A DNA stretch of 64,000 nt from Deltaproteobacteria bacterium (GTDB taxonomy: Bacteria; CG2-30-53-67): assembly GCA_013151235.1 (NCBI GenBank), contig JAADIO010000055.1:39743-103742 (forward strand), in the 5' to 3' direction. Made by a program: the position numbers and the translations under genes. The first letter of the stretch is position 1. The number at the start of each line of letters is the position of its first letter. Under the pieces are notes generated by a model. The model worked only from the letters and a program-made list of their open reading frames with translations. It had not been told where the DNA came from and made no database searches. Of this stretch, positions 18,656 to 29,123 are shown one piece after another.

Positions 18656-19936
18656 ATGTCGAACCGTTCCGAAGAACTCTTTGTCCAAGCACAGAAATTC
18701 ATCCCCGGCGGGGTCAACAGCCCGGTGCGGGCCTTCAAGTCGGTGGGAGGCAGTCCCGTTTTCATCGACCGATCCGAAGGAAGCCGGATCTTCGATGTGG
18801 AGGGCCGGGCCTATATCGACTACATCGGTTCCTGGGGACCGATGATCGTGGGACATTCCCATCCACGGGTCGTCGAAGCCCTCAAAAAAGCCATCGACAA
18901 GGGGACGAGTTTCGGCGCTCCGACGGTGTTGGAGACCGAACTGGCGCAGAGGGTGATCCAGGCCGTCCCCTCCGTGGAAATGGTCCGGATGGTCAACTCC
19001 GGCACGGAGGCAACGATGAGCGCCATCCGGGTTGCCCGGGGCTATACCGGACGGGACAAGATCATCAAGTTCGAGGGGTGCTACCACGGCCATGCCGACG
19101 GCCTGCTCGTTAAGGCCGGCTCCGGCGCCGCCACCTTCGGAGTCCCGACCAGTCCCGGCGTCCCCGCTGATTATGCAAGGAACACTCTCACCGCCCCCTT
19201 CAACAATCTTGAGGCCGTGGAGAAGCTCATCGCCGAAGAGGGAGACGATATCGCCTGCATCATCGTTGAGCCGTTGCCGGGAAACATGGGCGTCGTCCCC
19301 CCGAAGGCGGGTTTCCTGGAGGAACTCCGGAAGATCACGGCGGAAAAGGGGATCGTGCTGATCTTCGATGAAGTCATGTCCGGTTTCCGTGTCGCCTACG
19401 GCGGCGCCCAGGAACGCTTCGGGATTACACCCGATATGACGACCCTTGGAAAGGTGATCGGCGGCGGACTTCCCGTCGGCGCCTACGGCGGGAAGAAGGA
19501 GATCATGGAACAGGTCTCTCCTTCCGGCCCGGTCTACCAGGCCGGGACCCTCTCGGGGAATCCTCTCGCCATGACGGCCGGAATCGAGACCCTGAAGATC
19601 CTCTCCGAACCGGGCGTCTACGACCAATTAGAGGAGAAATCGACGAAGCTCTGCAAGGGGATCCGGGAGGCCTTTGCGGAAGCCGGTGTTCCCGCCTTCC
19701 ACACCCAGGTGGGTGCCATGTTCTGTACCTTCTTCAACAACGGGGAAGTGACCGACTACACCTCGGCGGCCCGATCCGACACGGAACGGTTCGGGAAGTA
19801 CTTCCATAACATGCTGGAACAGGGGATCAACCTGGCGCCGTCCCAGTTCGAAGCGGCCTTCATGTCTCTGGCCCACTCCGATGAGGATATTGCAAAGACA
19901 ATCGACGCCTGCCGGAAGAGCTTACGGAAACTTTGA
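18656..19936 (+). CDS. hemL: Glutamate-1-semialdehyde 2,1-aminomutase
   Basis: [14 protein letters not shown] motif, a PLP-lysine region and aminotransferase class III architecture. Confidence 0.95.
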   Translation: MSNRSEELFVQAQKFIPGGVNSPVRAFKSVGGSPVFIDRSEGSRIFDVEGRAYIDYIGSWGPMIVGHSHPRVVEALKKAIDKGTSFGAPTVLETELAQRVIQAVPSVEMVRMVNSGTEATMSAIRVARGYTGRDKIIKFEGCYHGHADGLLVKAGSGAATFGVPTSPGVPADYARNTLTAPFNNLEAVEKLIAEEGDDIACIIVEPLPGNMGVVPPKAGFLEELRKITAEKGIVLIFDEVMSGFRVAYGGAQERFGITPDMTTLGKVIGGGLPVGAYGGKKEIMEQVSPSGPVYQAGTLSGNPLAMTAGIETLKILSEPGVYDQLEEKSTKLCKGIREAFAEAGVPAFHTQVGAMFCTFFNNGEVTDYTSAARSDTERFGKYFHNMLEQGINLAPSQFEAAFMSLAHSDEDIAKTIDACRKSLRKL

Positions 19937-19940
19937 TGAA

Positions 19941-20110
19941 GTCGTAAAAAGTCACGAAGCCCTTCGACAGGCTCAGGACGAACGGTATAAGTGGTTGATA
20001 TTCCGTTCGTGTGGTTCGGCGAGCTTCCGAGCATGGTGAGCTTGCCGAACCACATGCTCGGTAGCTTGTCGAACCATAAACGGAATCCGGAAAATGACTT
20101 TTTACGAGAC
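19941..20110. mobile_element. MITE/REP-like element, copy B (~170 bp, TIRs GTCGTAAAAAGTCA/TGACTTTTTACGAG)
   Basis: Same TIR and the identical 31-nt core (20024-20054) as copy A. An internal 9-bp stem CCGAGCATG/CATGCTCGG. Begins 4 bp after the hemL stop. Confidence 0.5.
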
Positions 20111-20239
20111 CATCAACTTTAAGCTGCAACACAAGACGATTCCCTTTCCTTTCACTGCCCTTTGCCCTCTGTCGGGGGGACGGTTTTTCTTCAACACTGT
20201 GCGCTGCATACTGAAAATACGGCCCTCGTAACGAACGGT

Positions 20240-23200
20240 ATGAACGAAGAGAAAAAACCGGATCAATCCACCTTCACGCCGGACCAGAAGCGGGCGATTC
20301 ACACCTTGGGACGGAATCTCTGTGTCTCCGCCGGAGCCGGGTCCGGAAAGACGACGGTCCTCGTAGAACGATTCCTCTATCTCCTCGAAGAAGGACAGTT
20401 CAAGATCAACGAAATTGCGGCGATCACCTTCACGGAAAAGGCCGCCGGCCAGATGAAGGAGAAGATCCGGAAGAAGCTACTGGATCGGATGGAGAGAGCA
20501 GCAACTCCGGAGGAACGCCGCCGCATGGAAACCCGTTACCGTGAGGCCGGCTCCGCATGGATTCACACAATTCACGGACTTTGCACCCGCATCCTAAAGG
20601 AACAGGCGGTCGCTGCCGGGATCGACCCCGGCTATCTGACCCTCGACGAAACGGAAACCCTCCTTCTTCTCCACAAGACACTGAAATCCTTTATCGTAAA
20701 CCGCCTGAATCAGGGGAAAGCGTCGATGGTGCGGCTTCTCTCCGCATACGGACTGGAGAAGACCCGGAAAATACTTACGGCCCTGGTTCAAAGGCGCGTC
20801 GATGCCGCCCCCTGGATCAATATCTATCTTAAACAATCCGATGAGGAGATCCTGCGCCCACTCTTCGAGACACGCAAAGATTTGGAGACGGAATTGAAAT
20901 CGCACATCGCCCGTCTCCGGGATTACGGGGCGGACGACCCGGCAGACCGGATGGAGCAAAACCGCGTGACGGCCCTTGCCCTCCCGGATACCGGTCCGCT
21001 CAACCCGGAAACACTGACCACCCTTCTGAAGATAGATCTTCGGGTAGGAAGCAAGAAGAAGTGGCTTTCCGGGGATCTTCCGGCCGTTAAAGCCCTGCTG
21101 AAAGAGATCAAAGACCGTGCGAAAGATCTTCTTCCCTTATACAGCGAGGAAGCAATACGGCGGGAGCCGGAACACTTCTCCGTGCCCTCTGCCGGGAACT
21201 GGATCCCTTGTTAGAGGAGTACTTGCGGGACAAGGCACAACTGGGGGTTCTCGACTTCGAGGATCTTCAGATCAAGACCCGGAACCTCCTCCGGGATCAT
21301 TCCGGAATCAGGGAACACTATCGGAAGAATTTCGCCACCCTCCTCGTAGATGAACATCAGGATACCGACCCCCTGCAGATGGAGATCATCGAACTCCTTG
21401 CCGGCGGGGAGGAAGGACGGATCTTCGTGGTCGGCGATGACAAGCAGTCAATTTATGGTTTCCGCGGCGCCGACGTGACCGTCTTCCGGGACTACCGGGC
21501 AAAGACGGCAAAGAACGGCGGGGGATGCCTGATCTCCCTGAAGACCAATTTCCGAAGCCAGGAAGAGATCCTTCGTTTCATCAATCATCTTTTTGGGAGG
21601 ATCTTCCCTTCCGGCAATGAAACGATCCCCTTTGAAGGTCTCGATCCCTTCCGGAAGAGTCTGCCCAATGAACACTTCATCGAATCCTGTCTGATTGCCG
21701 CAGCCAAGGAGGAGAAAAAAACCGCCGAGGAGATCCGTCAGGAAGAAGCCGCAGCCCTGGCGCTGAGAATCCGGAGCATGGTCGACAAGGGAGAGAAACG
21801 GATCCTCTCCGACGATGGAGAACCACGGGCTGTACAGTTCGGCGATATCGCCCTCCTCTTCCGGGCCATGACCGATGTCAGGATCTATGAAGATGCACTA
21901 CTTCAATACGGCATTCCCTTCACCGTGGTCAGCGGCGGCGGCTTTTTCAAAAAACAGGAGGTCCTCGACATCCTCAACTTTCTTCGCCTCCTCCTGAATC
22001 CGGAAAATGATGAGGCGCTGGCGGCTCTGCTACGAAGTCCTGCGGCCGGTGTCCGGGATGATACCCTCTACTTCATGACCCGGGGGCGGACCCTTTCATC
22101 GGGACTGACCGTTGCGGAAGCCCTTGACGGTATCGACGATTCGGAAAAGGCGATCCTGATCCGGACCCGGAAACTTCTCGAAGATTTTCGGCACATCAAA
22201 AACCGGGTTGAGATTCCCGAGCTGATCGGCGGTTTTCTTGATCGGACAGGCTACGGGGCCGCTCTGTTGGCCGACCCCGTTTATGGTCGACAACGCCATG
22301 CCAACCTGCAAAAACTAATGGACATGGGACGAGATTTTTCCGCCGGTCCTTTCTTCGGCCCGGCCGATTTCATCGATTACATCGACGAACTGATGGATCG
22401 AGAGACCCGGGAGGGGGAATCCCCTGTGGAGGAGGAAGGGGAAGATACCGTCAAGATTCTTTCGATCCATAAAGCCAAAGGGCTCGAATTCCCCGTCGTT
22501 ATTCTTCCCGATCTCGGCAGAAATGCCGGGGGACGCGGATCAGGTTTCGTTGCAGTTGACAGGCACCTCGGGATCGGGATCAAGATCCCCGATGGGACCG
22601 GCGGATGGTGCAGCGGGTTTCTCCGGAAACGGATCGAGGAGACCCGGGAAAAGGAAGAAATCGAAGAGGGGAAAAGACTCTTCTATGTCGCCGCCACAAG
22701 AGCGCGTGATTTCCTTGTTCTCTCCGGGCAGGTCAAGAGGTCGAAAAACCCGGGCCGGGAAGCCGCCCTTCCGATGGAGTGGCTCTGTGAGGCTCTCGGG
22801 ATCACCGAGGAAAACTGCCGGGAGGAGATCTCTTACGGAGGCCGGCAAATCCGGCCCATCACCCCACCCCGGAAACCGGCCTCGGAAGCAGCGGAAACAG
22901 TCCGCTGGATCGACCGCTTTCCGGAACTGCTCTCCGGAGAGATTCCTGATCTCTCCGGACAGATTGTCGATGAGGAGTTGGCGAAACAGGTCTTCAAGAA
23001 ACCCCGGTGCCGTCCCTCCCGCCGATTCACCGTCTCCCAACTGCTGCTGATCCGGAAGTGCCCCCGAATGTACGAACTGGCGACCCGTTTCGGAATCTCG
23101 GAACCTGAAGTAAAAATTCCGCCCCATGGGACCGGCGGAGAAGGAGGGCGGGAACGGGGCAGCCTGGTTCATCGCATTCTGCAACAATGGGACCTCCGTC

Positions 23201-23745
23201 GGGAAAACCTCTCCGGGACCCTTGACCTTGAACTGGCCCGCTCCGGGTACCCGGAAACCGATCAGCAGGCAATCCGATCGGAGATCACCCCCTGGCTGGA
23301 GGTTTTTGCCCAATCCGGGACGGCCGAGGAGATCCGCCGGTCCGGGCAGGCCTATGCCGAAATCCCCTTTTACCTTAATCTGCAGGGGTACCGGATTGAG
23401 GGGGTGATCGATAAACTCTATCGCGGCCCTTCCGGACGGCTGATGATCCTCGATTATAAAACCGACGGAATTTCAGCGGAGGAAATCGAGACCCGGGCGG
23501 CGGAATATCGTTTGCAGCTTTCCGCCTATGCCCTGGCCGTATACCGCCTCTTCGGGGAAGAGGTCGAAACGGCCCTCGCCTTTCTCCAGCCGGGAATCAT
23601 CCGCCCAATCGACCATGACCCCGGCCGGACGGAGATTGAAATCATCGAGACGATCCGGGCCATCGACGGGGTAAAGAGCCCTCTCGTGGAGCGGACCCGG
23701 TGTCTTAGCTGCGGATACAGGGAGTCCTTCTGTATGACGGGATGA
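20240..23745 (+). CDS. AddA-like UvrD-family helicase fused to a C-terminal iron-staple PD-(D/E)xK nuclease; the reading frame is interrupted by an apparent -1 frameshift near 21140-21210
   Basis: Helicase motif I (AGAGSGKTT) is in the first ORF, motif II (LLVDEHQDTDPLQ) and motif III (VGDDKQSIYGFRGA) in the second. The C-terminus has the ILDYKTD and QLSAYA nuclease motifs plus Cys1...CxxCx6C. The two ORFs (frame 2, then frame 1) join in protein-like sequence with no start codon for the second. Confidence 0.7.
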
Positions 23746-23788
23746 ACCCCGAAGGAGAGACCTTCAGGTAGCTGATAAAAATCGTGAA

Positions 23789-24202
23789 ATGAGCGCAAAG
23801 AGAATGGAATTCGTATCCGCGAAGCAAAGATGGCCGTCCCTGAAGATTCGACTCGCCCGCTCATCCTTTCGAAGCCGGTTCCGGCTGGACCCGAAGGAGT
23901 TCGCGTACCTTGCCGACAAAGGGGATGAGATCATCCGCCGCCATGGTGAGGATTTCATACGGAACCGGCTCGCCCCGGCTTCCCCGAAAAATGACGGTCG
24001 GCAGACACCGATGAGAGGTCATCCCGTTTTCACGGCTCAGCATGCCACGGCCACCTGCTGCAGGAGCTGCCTGGCGAAGTGGCATGGAATCCCGAAGGGG
24101 GCCCCGCTGACCGATGCGGAGATCAACTATATCGTGGAGATCATCATGGCCTGGATCGGAGAACAGACAACGGATGGACAAGGAACGCTTATTCCGCAGT
24201 GA
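23789..24202 (+). CDS. DUF4186-like small protein
   Basis: HPVFTAQHATATCCRSCLAKWHG motif recalled as characteristic of DUF4186. Confidence 0.5.
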   Translation: MSAKRMEFVSAKQRWPSLKIRLARSSFRSRFRLDPKEFAYLADKGDEIIRRHGEDFIRNRLAPASPKNDGRQTPMRGHPVFTAQHATATCCRSCLAKWHGIPKGAPLTDAEINYIVEIIMAWIGEQTTDGQGTLIPQ

Positions 24203-24908
24203 CAAAGGTGGAAAAACGGATCGCCTCAAGTTTCCGTGCAAGATGACGGGCATCTGCTTCACGGAGAAACCGGCCGATCCGTACCCGGTAATAGATTTTT
24301 CGGCCGTTGTCCCACCGGCGAAGATGGACATCCTTGAAACGTGAGGCAAGGGTCCGCTTCAGGGCCTGGGCATTTTCTTTGTGCAGGAAGGAACCGACCT
24401 GTACCGTAAAACGAAGGGGCGTGGGGACGGCTTTCCCCCCTCTCTTGTAATAGCGGTTGTCTCCGAGAGAGAGAATCTCCACCTTCACGGGAACCACACC
24501 CTCGTCCACCATGCCGAGGGCCTTGGCCGCCCCGTAGGAAAGATCAATGATCCGGCCCCGCACATAGGGCCCCCGGTCATTGATCCGTACCGTTACGGTC
24601 CGTCCGTTGTTCCGGTTGGTGACGCGGACCCGCGTCCCCAATGGGAGGGTCTTGTGGGCGGCCGAGATACCATACATATTGTAGACCTCACCGTTGGCGG
24701 TCCGCCGTCCGTGGAAGTCCTTTCCGTACCAGGAGGCGTTGCCGTACTCCACCCGGCGGCCCCCTTCAAGATGGATGCCGCCTCGATGGACGGCACACGC
24801 CCCGGAAAACCAGAACAGCAGGAAAACGAAAAGCAAACGCAGACGATACACCGGTCCGGGGCACCCGCCGGAAAGAGGGGGATCAGAGGCCGATGATGTA
24901 TTTTTCAT
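24189..24908 (-). CDS. rlpA: Septal ring lytic transglycosylase RlpA family lipoprotein with a C-terminal SPOR domain
   Basis: Signal/lipobox-like N-terminus (start at the Met after GGGAGGGAG), the DPBB motif ASWYGKDFHGRRTANGEVY, and a SPOR-like C-terminus (YRVRIGRF). Confidence 0.85.
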   Translation of the reverse strand: MKNTSSASDPPLSGGCPGPVYRLRLLFVFLLFWFSGACAVHRGGIHLEGGRRVEYGNASWYGKDFHGRRTANGEVYNMYGISAAHKTLPLGTRVRVTNRNNGRTVTVRINDRGPYVRGRIIDLSYGAAKALGMVDEGVVPVKVEILSLGDNRYYKRGGKAVPTPLRFTVQVGSFLHKENAQALKRTLASRFKDVHLRRWDNGRKIYYRVRIGRFLREADARHLARKLEAIRFSTFVTAE

Positions 24909-26322
24909 CTCCCTCCCCCAACTCGGCCATCTCTTCCTTCTGCTCTTCATAACCGGAGCGCCCCATGAGGGCATAGGTTGCGACTTTTCCGTCCTCCACA
25001 CCGGGCTGGTTGAGGGGATTGATCCGGTAGAGGCCGCCGGAGAAGACCGTCTGAATCTCATACATCATGAAGAGCTGGCCCAGAGTGAAGGGATTCAACT
25101 CTTTCAGCGTCAGGGTCAGGTTGGGACGTTTATGGCGGGTCAGGGCATAGCCCGTGGCCTGCTGTTCCGCATGGATCAACTCGTTGAGGGTATGGCCCCC
25201 CAAATAAGAGATCCCCTCCATTTCGGGATAGCTGTCCGGGATCTCCATTTTCTCCCGGAATTTTTCCAGGCCGAGAAAGGTGATCACCTTGTCGTTCGGT
25301 CCTTCCACATAGAGCTGAATCTGGGAATGCTGGTCCGTCGTCCCTAAAGATTTGACCGGTGTCTGCCCGGCAAAGACCTCCCGGCCGTCAAGGGCCTCCC
25401 GTTTCCCCAGACTTTCGGACCAGAGTTGACGATACCAGTCGGCAAAACCGTAGAGGGCATTGGAATAGGGCATCATCACGGAGATCCGCTTGCCCCGTTT
25501 GGCATTCAGGATATAGTGAATGGCCGCATTCAGGTAGGCCGGATTCTCCCGGAGTTTCACCTTGCGGCACCATCGCTCCATGAAGGCCGCACCGGCGAGA
25601 AGTTCCCGGATGTTGATCCCCGATACCGCAGCGGAGAGGAGACCCACGGGGGTCAGGACGGTGAAGCGTCCCCCCACACCGTCAGGAATCACCAGGCACG
25701 AATAACCTTCCCGGTCGGCAACCCGCTTCAGGTTTCCCCTGGAGGCGTCCGTCGTCACAATGATCCGATCCTGATGGTTCTCCCGCCCGACGGCATCAAT
25801 GAGGGCCTTCTGGCAGATCAGGAAATTGGCCATCGTCTCCGCCGTTCCGCCGGACTTTGTGATTACGTTGAAACAGGTCTTTTTCAGGTCCAGAATATCG
25901 AGCAGACCCCGCAGATTGTCCGGATCGACATTGTCCAGGACATAGATGCGCGGCGCCCGTTTACGCCCCGTCTTGGTCAACTCGTTGTAACGGGGATGGT
26001 TGAGCGCCTGGTGCAAAGAGGTATTCCCCAGTGCGGAGCCCCCGATCCCCAGGACCACGAAACTCTCACACCGTCTACGGACCCCCTTGGCAATTTCCAG
26101 AATACCCTTTACATCCTGATCCGGTAAATCCATGAACGGAAGTTTACCACTCGATTTTTTTTCCTTGATCTGCTGGTGAATCTCTTTGGCCTCCGACTGA
26201 AGGGACTCGATCTCTCCATCAAAGACCCCGTGTTCCTCACCCATGAACGAAGCCATGACATGATTATAGTCGAGACGGACCGCCATCTCCTGTTTCCAGA
26301 CCTTATTCTTATAGGAAATCAT
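24883..26322 (-). CDS. pgi: Glucose-6-phosphate isomerase (short bacterial/archaeal type)
   Basis: VVLGIGGSALG, DPDN and SKSGGTAET motifs. Start set at the Met following the AAGGGAGG SD. Confidence 0.9.
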   Translation of the reverse strand: MISYKNKVWKQEMAVRLDYNHVMASFMGEEHGVFDGEIESLQSEAKEIHQQIKEKKSSGKLPFMDLPDQDVKGILEIAKGVRRRCESFVVLGIGGSALGNTSLHQALNHPRYNELTKTGRKRAPRIYVLDNVDPDNLRGLLDILDLKKTCFNVITKSGGTAETMANFLICQKALIDAVGRENHQDRIIVTTDASRGNLKRVADREGYSCLVIPDGVGGRFTVLTPVGLLSAAVSGINIRELLAGAAFMERWCRKVKLRENPAYLNAAIHYILNAKRGKRISVMMPYSNALYGFADWYRQLWSESLGKREALDGREVFAGQTPVKSLGTTDQHSQIQLYVEGPNDKVITFLGLEKFREKMEIPDSYPEMEGISYLGGHTLNELIHAEQQATGYALTRHKRPNLTLTLKELNPFTLGQLFMMYEIQTVFSGGLYRINPLNQPGVEDGKVATYALMGRSGYEEQKEEMAELGEGDEKYIIGL

Positions 26323-26477
26323 TCTGCCTCCCTTCAGGAGTTCTCTCGCCCCGGTTATTACGTACCCCACCACTTTGATGCCGGCAGTACGGATTCCGAT
26401 AGGATGAAAATGAGGTTATGTTGATATTGTGTGATATTATTGGAAAATGTACCACAGAAAAGAAGATGAATCAAGAA

Positions 26478-26512
26478 AGTAGCGCAAAAATATTACTTCC
26501 TGCAGAAATCCT
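26478..26512 (-). terminator. Rho-independent terminator candidate downstream of the DUF89 gene
   Basis: Read on the minus strand, the hairpin CCCCGCAGAGGATTTCTGCAGG is followed by a T-rich tract. Confidence 0.4.
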
Positions 26513-26523
26513 CTGCGGGGAAA

Positions 26524-27369
26524 TCAAAACGTCAGGACATGGCCGCCCACCCCGACCCCCAGGCTCTCCGCCACGGGAAGGCATTTGGCCTTGAGGAGGA
26601 ACACAACTCCCGTCCGGATCCCGTAGAGGGTCTCGTAATGTCCCATCCCTTTGGCAATCACCAGGTCGGCACGATCCCAGACCTTTCGGAACTCGGCCGG
26701 TGCCTCTTTCAGTGGAAGACCGATCGACGCCACGGTATGGGGGACGATGGGCACCAGACCGGAGAAACCGAGACCTTCAAGATCGACAACGGTCGCATCG
26801 TTTAATATCGGCTCCGCCTTGGGGGAGACGATCACCTCCTTGCCCATTTTGAGAAGCTGTTCCACCAGGAGCAGGTCAAAAACAACCTCGCCGCAATTAT
26901 CGGTCAGGTAAAGGATCGTACGGACCTGCTCCACCTCCTGCCGAAAACGGTCAAAGTGATCGACGGCAAGCCCTTGCCGCAGTTCATCATCAAGAGTCTC
27001 CAGGGCATTCCGGGAACCGTCGACCCCGAAATCAATGGCATTACCGGCAATGGCCGCGCATACCGCGGAACGGAGCGTCAGCCCCTTTTCCCGGAGGGGG
27101 ATTGCAACCTCAGAGGCAATCCGGTTGCTCTTCTCCTTCAAAGCGGCGTAGGGATCCGTCCCTGTTTTTCCCCGGATCGTCCGGTGAATCAACGTTCCCA
27201 GTTCCGCCGGGATTTTCCCGGGGAAATCCCGTTGCAGCAGACCGAGGATCTCCTCCATCAGGGCAAGGCGTACCGCCGGATCCTCCACGGCCAGTTCCAC
27301 GGCATGGGTCGCCTGATCGATGAGACAGCGCACACAAAGGTAAGTCGGAGAAATCATGATACGAAACAA
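26524..27369 (-). CDS. DUF89 (ARMT1-like damage-control phosphatase) family protein
   Basis: DLVIAKGMGHYETL motif and the overall length match the DUF89 family. Confidence 0.65.
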   Translation of the reverse strand: MFRIMISPTYLCVRCLIDQATHAVELAVEDPAVRLALMEEILGLLQRDFPGKIPAELGTLIHRTIRGKTGTDPYAALKEKSNRIASEVAIPLREKGLTLRSAVCAAIAGNAIDFGVDGSRNALETLDDELRQGLAVDHFDRFRQEVEQVRTILYLTDNCGEVVFDLLLVEQLLKMGKEVIVSPKAEPILNDATVVDLEGLGFSGLVPIVPHTVASIGLPLKEAPAEFRKVWDRADLVIAKGMGHYETLYGIRTGVVFLLKAKCLPVAESLGVGVGGHVLTF

Positions 27370-27608
27370 ACCTCATACCCCGGGATTCCGGAACCGTCAG
27401 GAGTAACACGGACTTCAGCCCCCAGTTTCAAAATTGAGTCATCATATCATAGCCTGTAATCCTGAAACAAGAGACAAACAGCCGACAATTCTTTGTCTGT
27501 TTTTTATCTTTACAACAGAGATGGTATAGATAATAATAACCGGATATGCATTTTCAGCGGTCACAATTTTAAGAGGTCCCGGCGTCAGGTATTCATGAGG
27601 AGAAAATC

Positions 27609-28160
27609 ATGTTAGATCCCAAAACGGTTACTTTATATACAGGCGGTCACAAAGGCACCGAAGAATATTTTGGAATATCCGCCGAAAAGTGGGGAATGAA
27701 AGAGGTGACCTTCAACTTTGAAGGACATGAAATCAACCGTCGGCGGGGATTGAAAATCCTGTCCGAGGAGGAACTCCTGCGTGGCGCCGTCGGCCCGGAC
27801 ATTATCCAGAAACGTATGGAACGTACATTCGCGACCACCCCCATCATGCAGAAAATATTTCAGATCCAGTTTCATATTATCAACAACGGTTATCAGGTTT
27901 TCGCTGTCGGCTGGTTATTGTCAAACGGAACGGTCAAAGGCGGCACCGGCTGGGGAGTGGAACTGGCAAAGTTATTCAACCGCCCGGTGCATCTCTTTGA
28001 GCAGGAGAGGAAGGAGTGGGTCTCCTGGGTCCACAATGAGTGGATCACGGAGGAACCCGTCATCGCACATAAAACACTGGCCATGACGGGGACACGATAT
28101 TTGAGCGAAGATGGCAAAGCTGCCATAGATCAGCTCTTCGAACGGTCGTTCAATGGTTAA
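27609..28160 (+). CDS. Hypothetical Rossmannoid protein, possibly nucleoside 2-deoxyribosyltransferase/DNPH1-like or SLOG-like
   Basis: N-terminal TLYTGGHKGTEEYF and central GGTGWGVELAKLFNRPVHLF loosely resemble the GS(I)RGG and SLGVGYELG motifs of the DNPH1/NDT fold. It lies on an AT-richer islet with its own promoter-like AT-rich upstream region. Confidence 0.35.
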   Translation: MLDPKTVTLYTGGHKGTEEYFGISAEKWGMKEVTFNFEGHEINRRRGLKILSEEELLRGAVGPDIIQKRMERTFATTPIMQKIFQIQFHIINNGYQVFAVGWLLSNGTVKGGTGWGVELAKLFNRPVHLFEQERKEWVSWVHNEWITEEPVIAHKTLAMTGTRYLSEDGKAAIDQLFERSFNG

Positions 28161-28323
28161 TCGCTGTCGGAAGGACCCCGGCGGACCGGTTCCTGGCATT
28201 CACGACAGCCGTTCCACGGGTCGGGAGTAAGTCCGGATGGCGGAAAACCTCAGTCTCCCCTTCCCCTCGATCCGCACATCGACCGCAACGCCCTCCCGGA
28301 GGAGGGGAAGGCCGGAAGGGGGT

Positions 28324-29109
28324 CTACAGCTTGGGTCCGTTCTCGGAATAGAGGCTTTGATGGAAGTGCCGGGCAAAGCTCATGACAAAGAGGAGACTCT
28401 GCCGAACCTCGGGATCCCGGGCCGCTTTCCAGAGGGCCGGCAGCCCGGCCTTCTTCGGCTGATCTTTCATCTCCGCCATCGCTTCCTGTGCACTTTCCAC
28501 CGCCGCACCGATCAGGTCTTGAATCTGGGGGTTCATAAGACGGCTCACCAGATTCTCAAACATGCTCAACATCCGCTCGACGATGCTGTCGGTAAAGGCA
28601 TGCGTCGTCGAACCGAGAAACGTCGCCATCTGAGTCAGGACTTCCAGACTACCACTGTTAATCAACTCCTCAATCGCCGGCATCGCCCGCATTAGGTCCG
28701 CTTTTGCCAGTTCATCCAACAGGGCCATCATCGTTTCCATGTTTGCAGCCATCCGTGCAATGACGCTGTCTCCCATGGAGTTTTTGGCCGCACTGATGAA
28801 GAGGGCCACCTCCTTGAGATCATTCAGAGAGCCACTTTGGTACAACTCCGTCAGGGTCCGGACTGATTGCTGCACGGCCTGAAAGACTTCGGGCTTCGCC
28901 ACCTGATCGGCCAGAGCCGTCAGGGGCTCCATGATCGCGGCCATCCGCTCGATCATGGGGTCGGTTTGTGAATCCTTGTAGGCCTGAATCGCCCCGGCGA
29001 CCTCCGACAGAGTCTCCGCATGGTTCCGGAGACCATCGATGGAATTCGAACCGGCCTGCATCATCGTCGGTAGATCCGGTTCCCGTAGCTCTTTATTCTG
29101 CATGGACAT
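28324..29109 (-). CDS. DUF1641 domain protein
   Basis: Helical protein of ~260 aa encoded immediately downstream (14 bp) of an SQR-like flavoprotein, which is the usual genomic partner of DUF1641. Confidence 0.65.
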   Translation of the reverse strand: MSMQNKELREPDLPTMMQAGSNSIDGLRNHAETLSEVAGAIQAYKDSQTDPMIERMAAIMEPLTALADQVAKPEVFQAVQQSVRTLTELYQSGSLNDLKEVALFISAAKNSMGDSVIARMAANMETMMALLDELAKADLMRAMPAIEELINSGSLEVLTQMATFLGSTTHAFTDSIVERMLSMFENLVSRLMNPQIQDLIGAAVESAQEAMAEMKDQPKKAGLPALWKAARDPEVRQSLLFVMSFARHFHQSLYSENGPKL

Positions 29110-29123
29110 ATCGTGCCTCCCTC

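Noticed and set aside
27370-27608. Sigma-70 promoter TTTACA ... GATAAT upstream of the orphan Rossmannoid gene
   Set aside because: The spacer between the best hexamers is about 14 nt, which is suboptimal. The region is merely AT-rich, so the call is left as unassigned.
28291-28307. Perfect hairpin CCCTCC-CGGA-GGAGGG between the convergent genes as an intrinsic terminator
   Set aside because: There is no adjacent U-tract on either strand. It may still aid termination but cannot be called a canonical rho-independent terminator.
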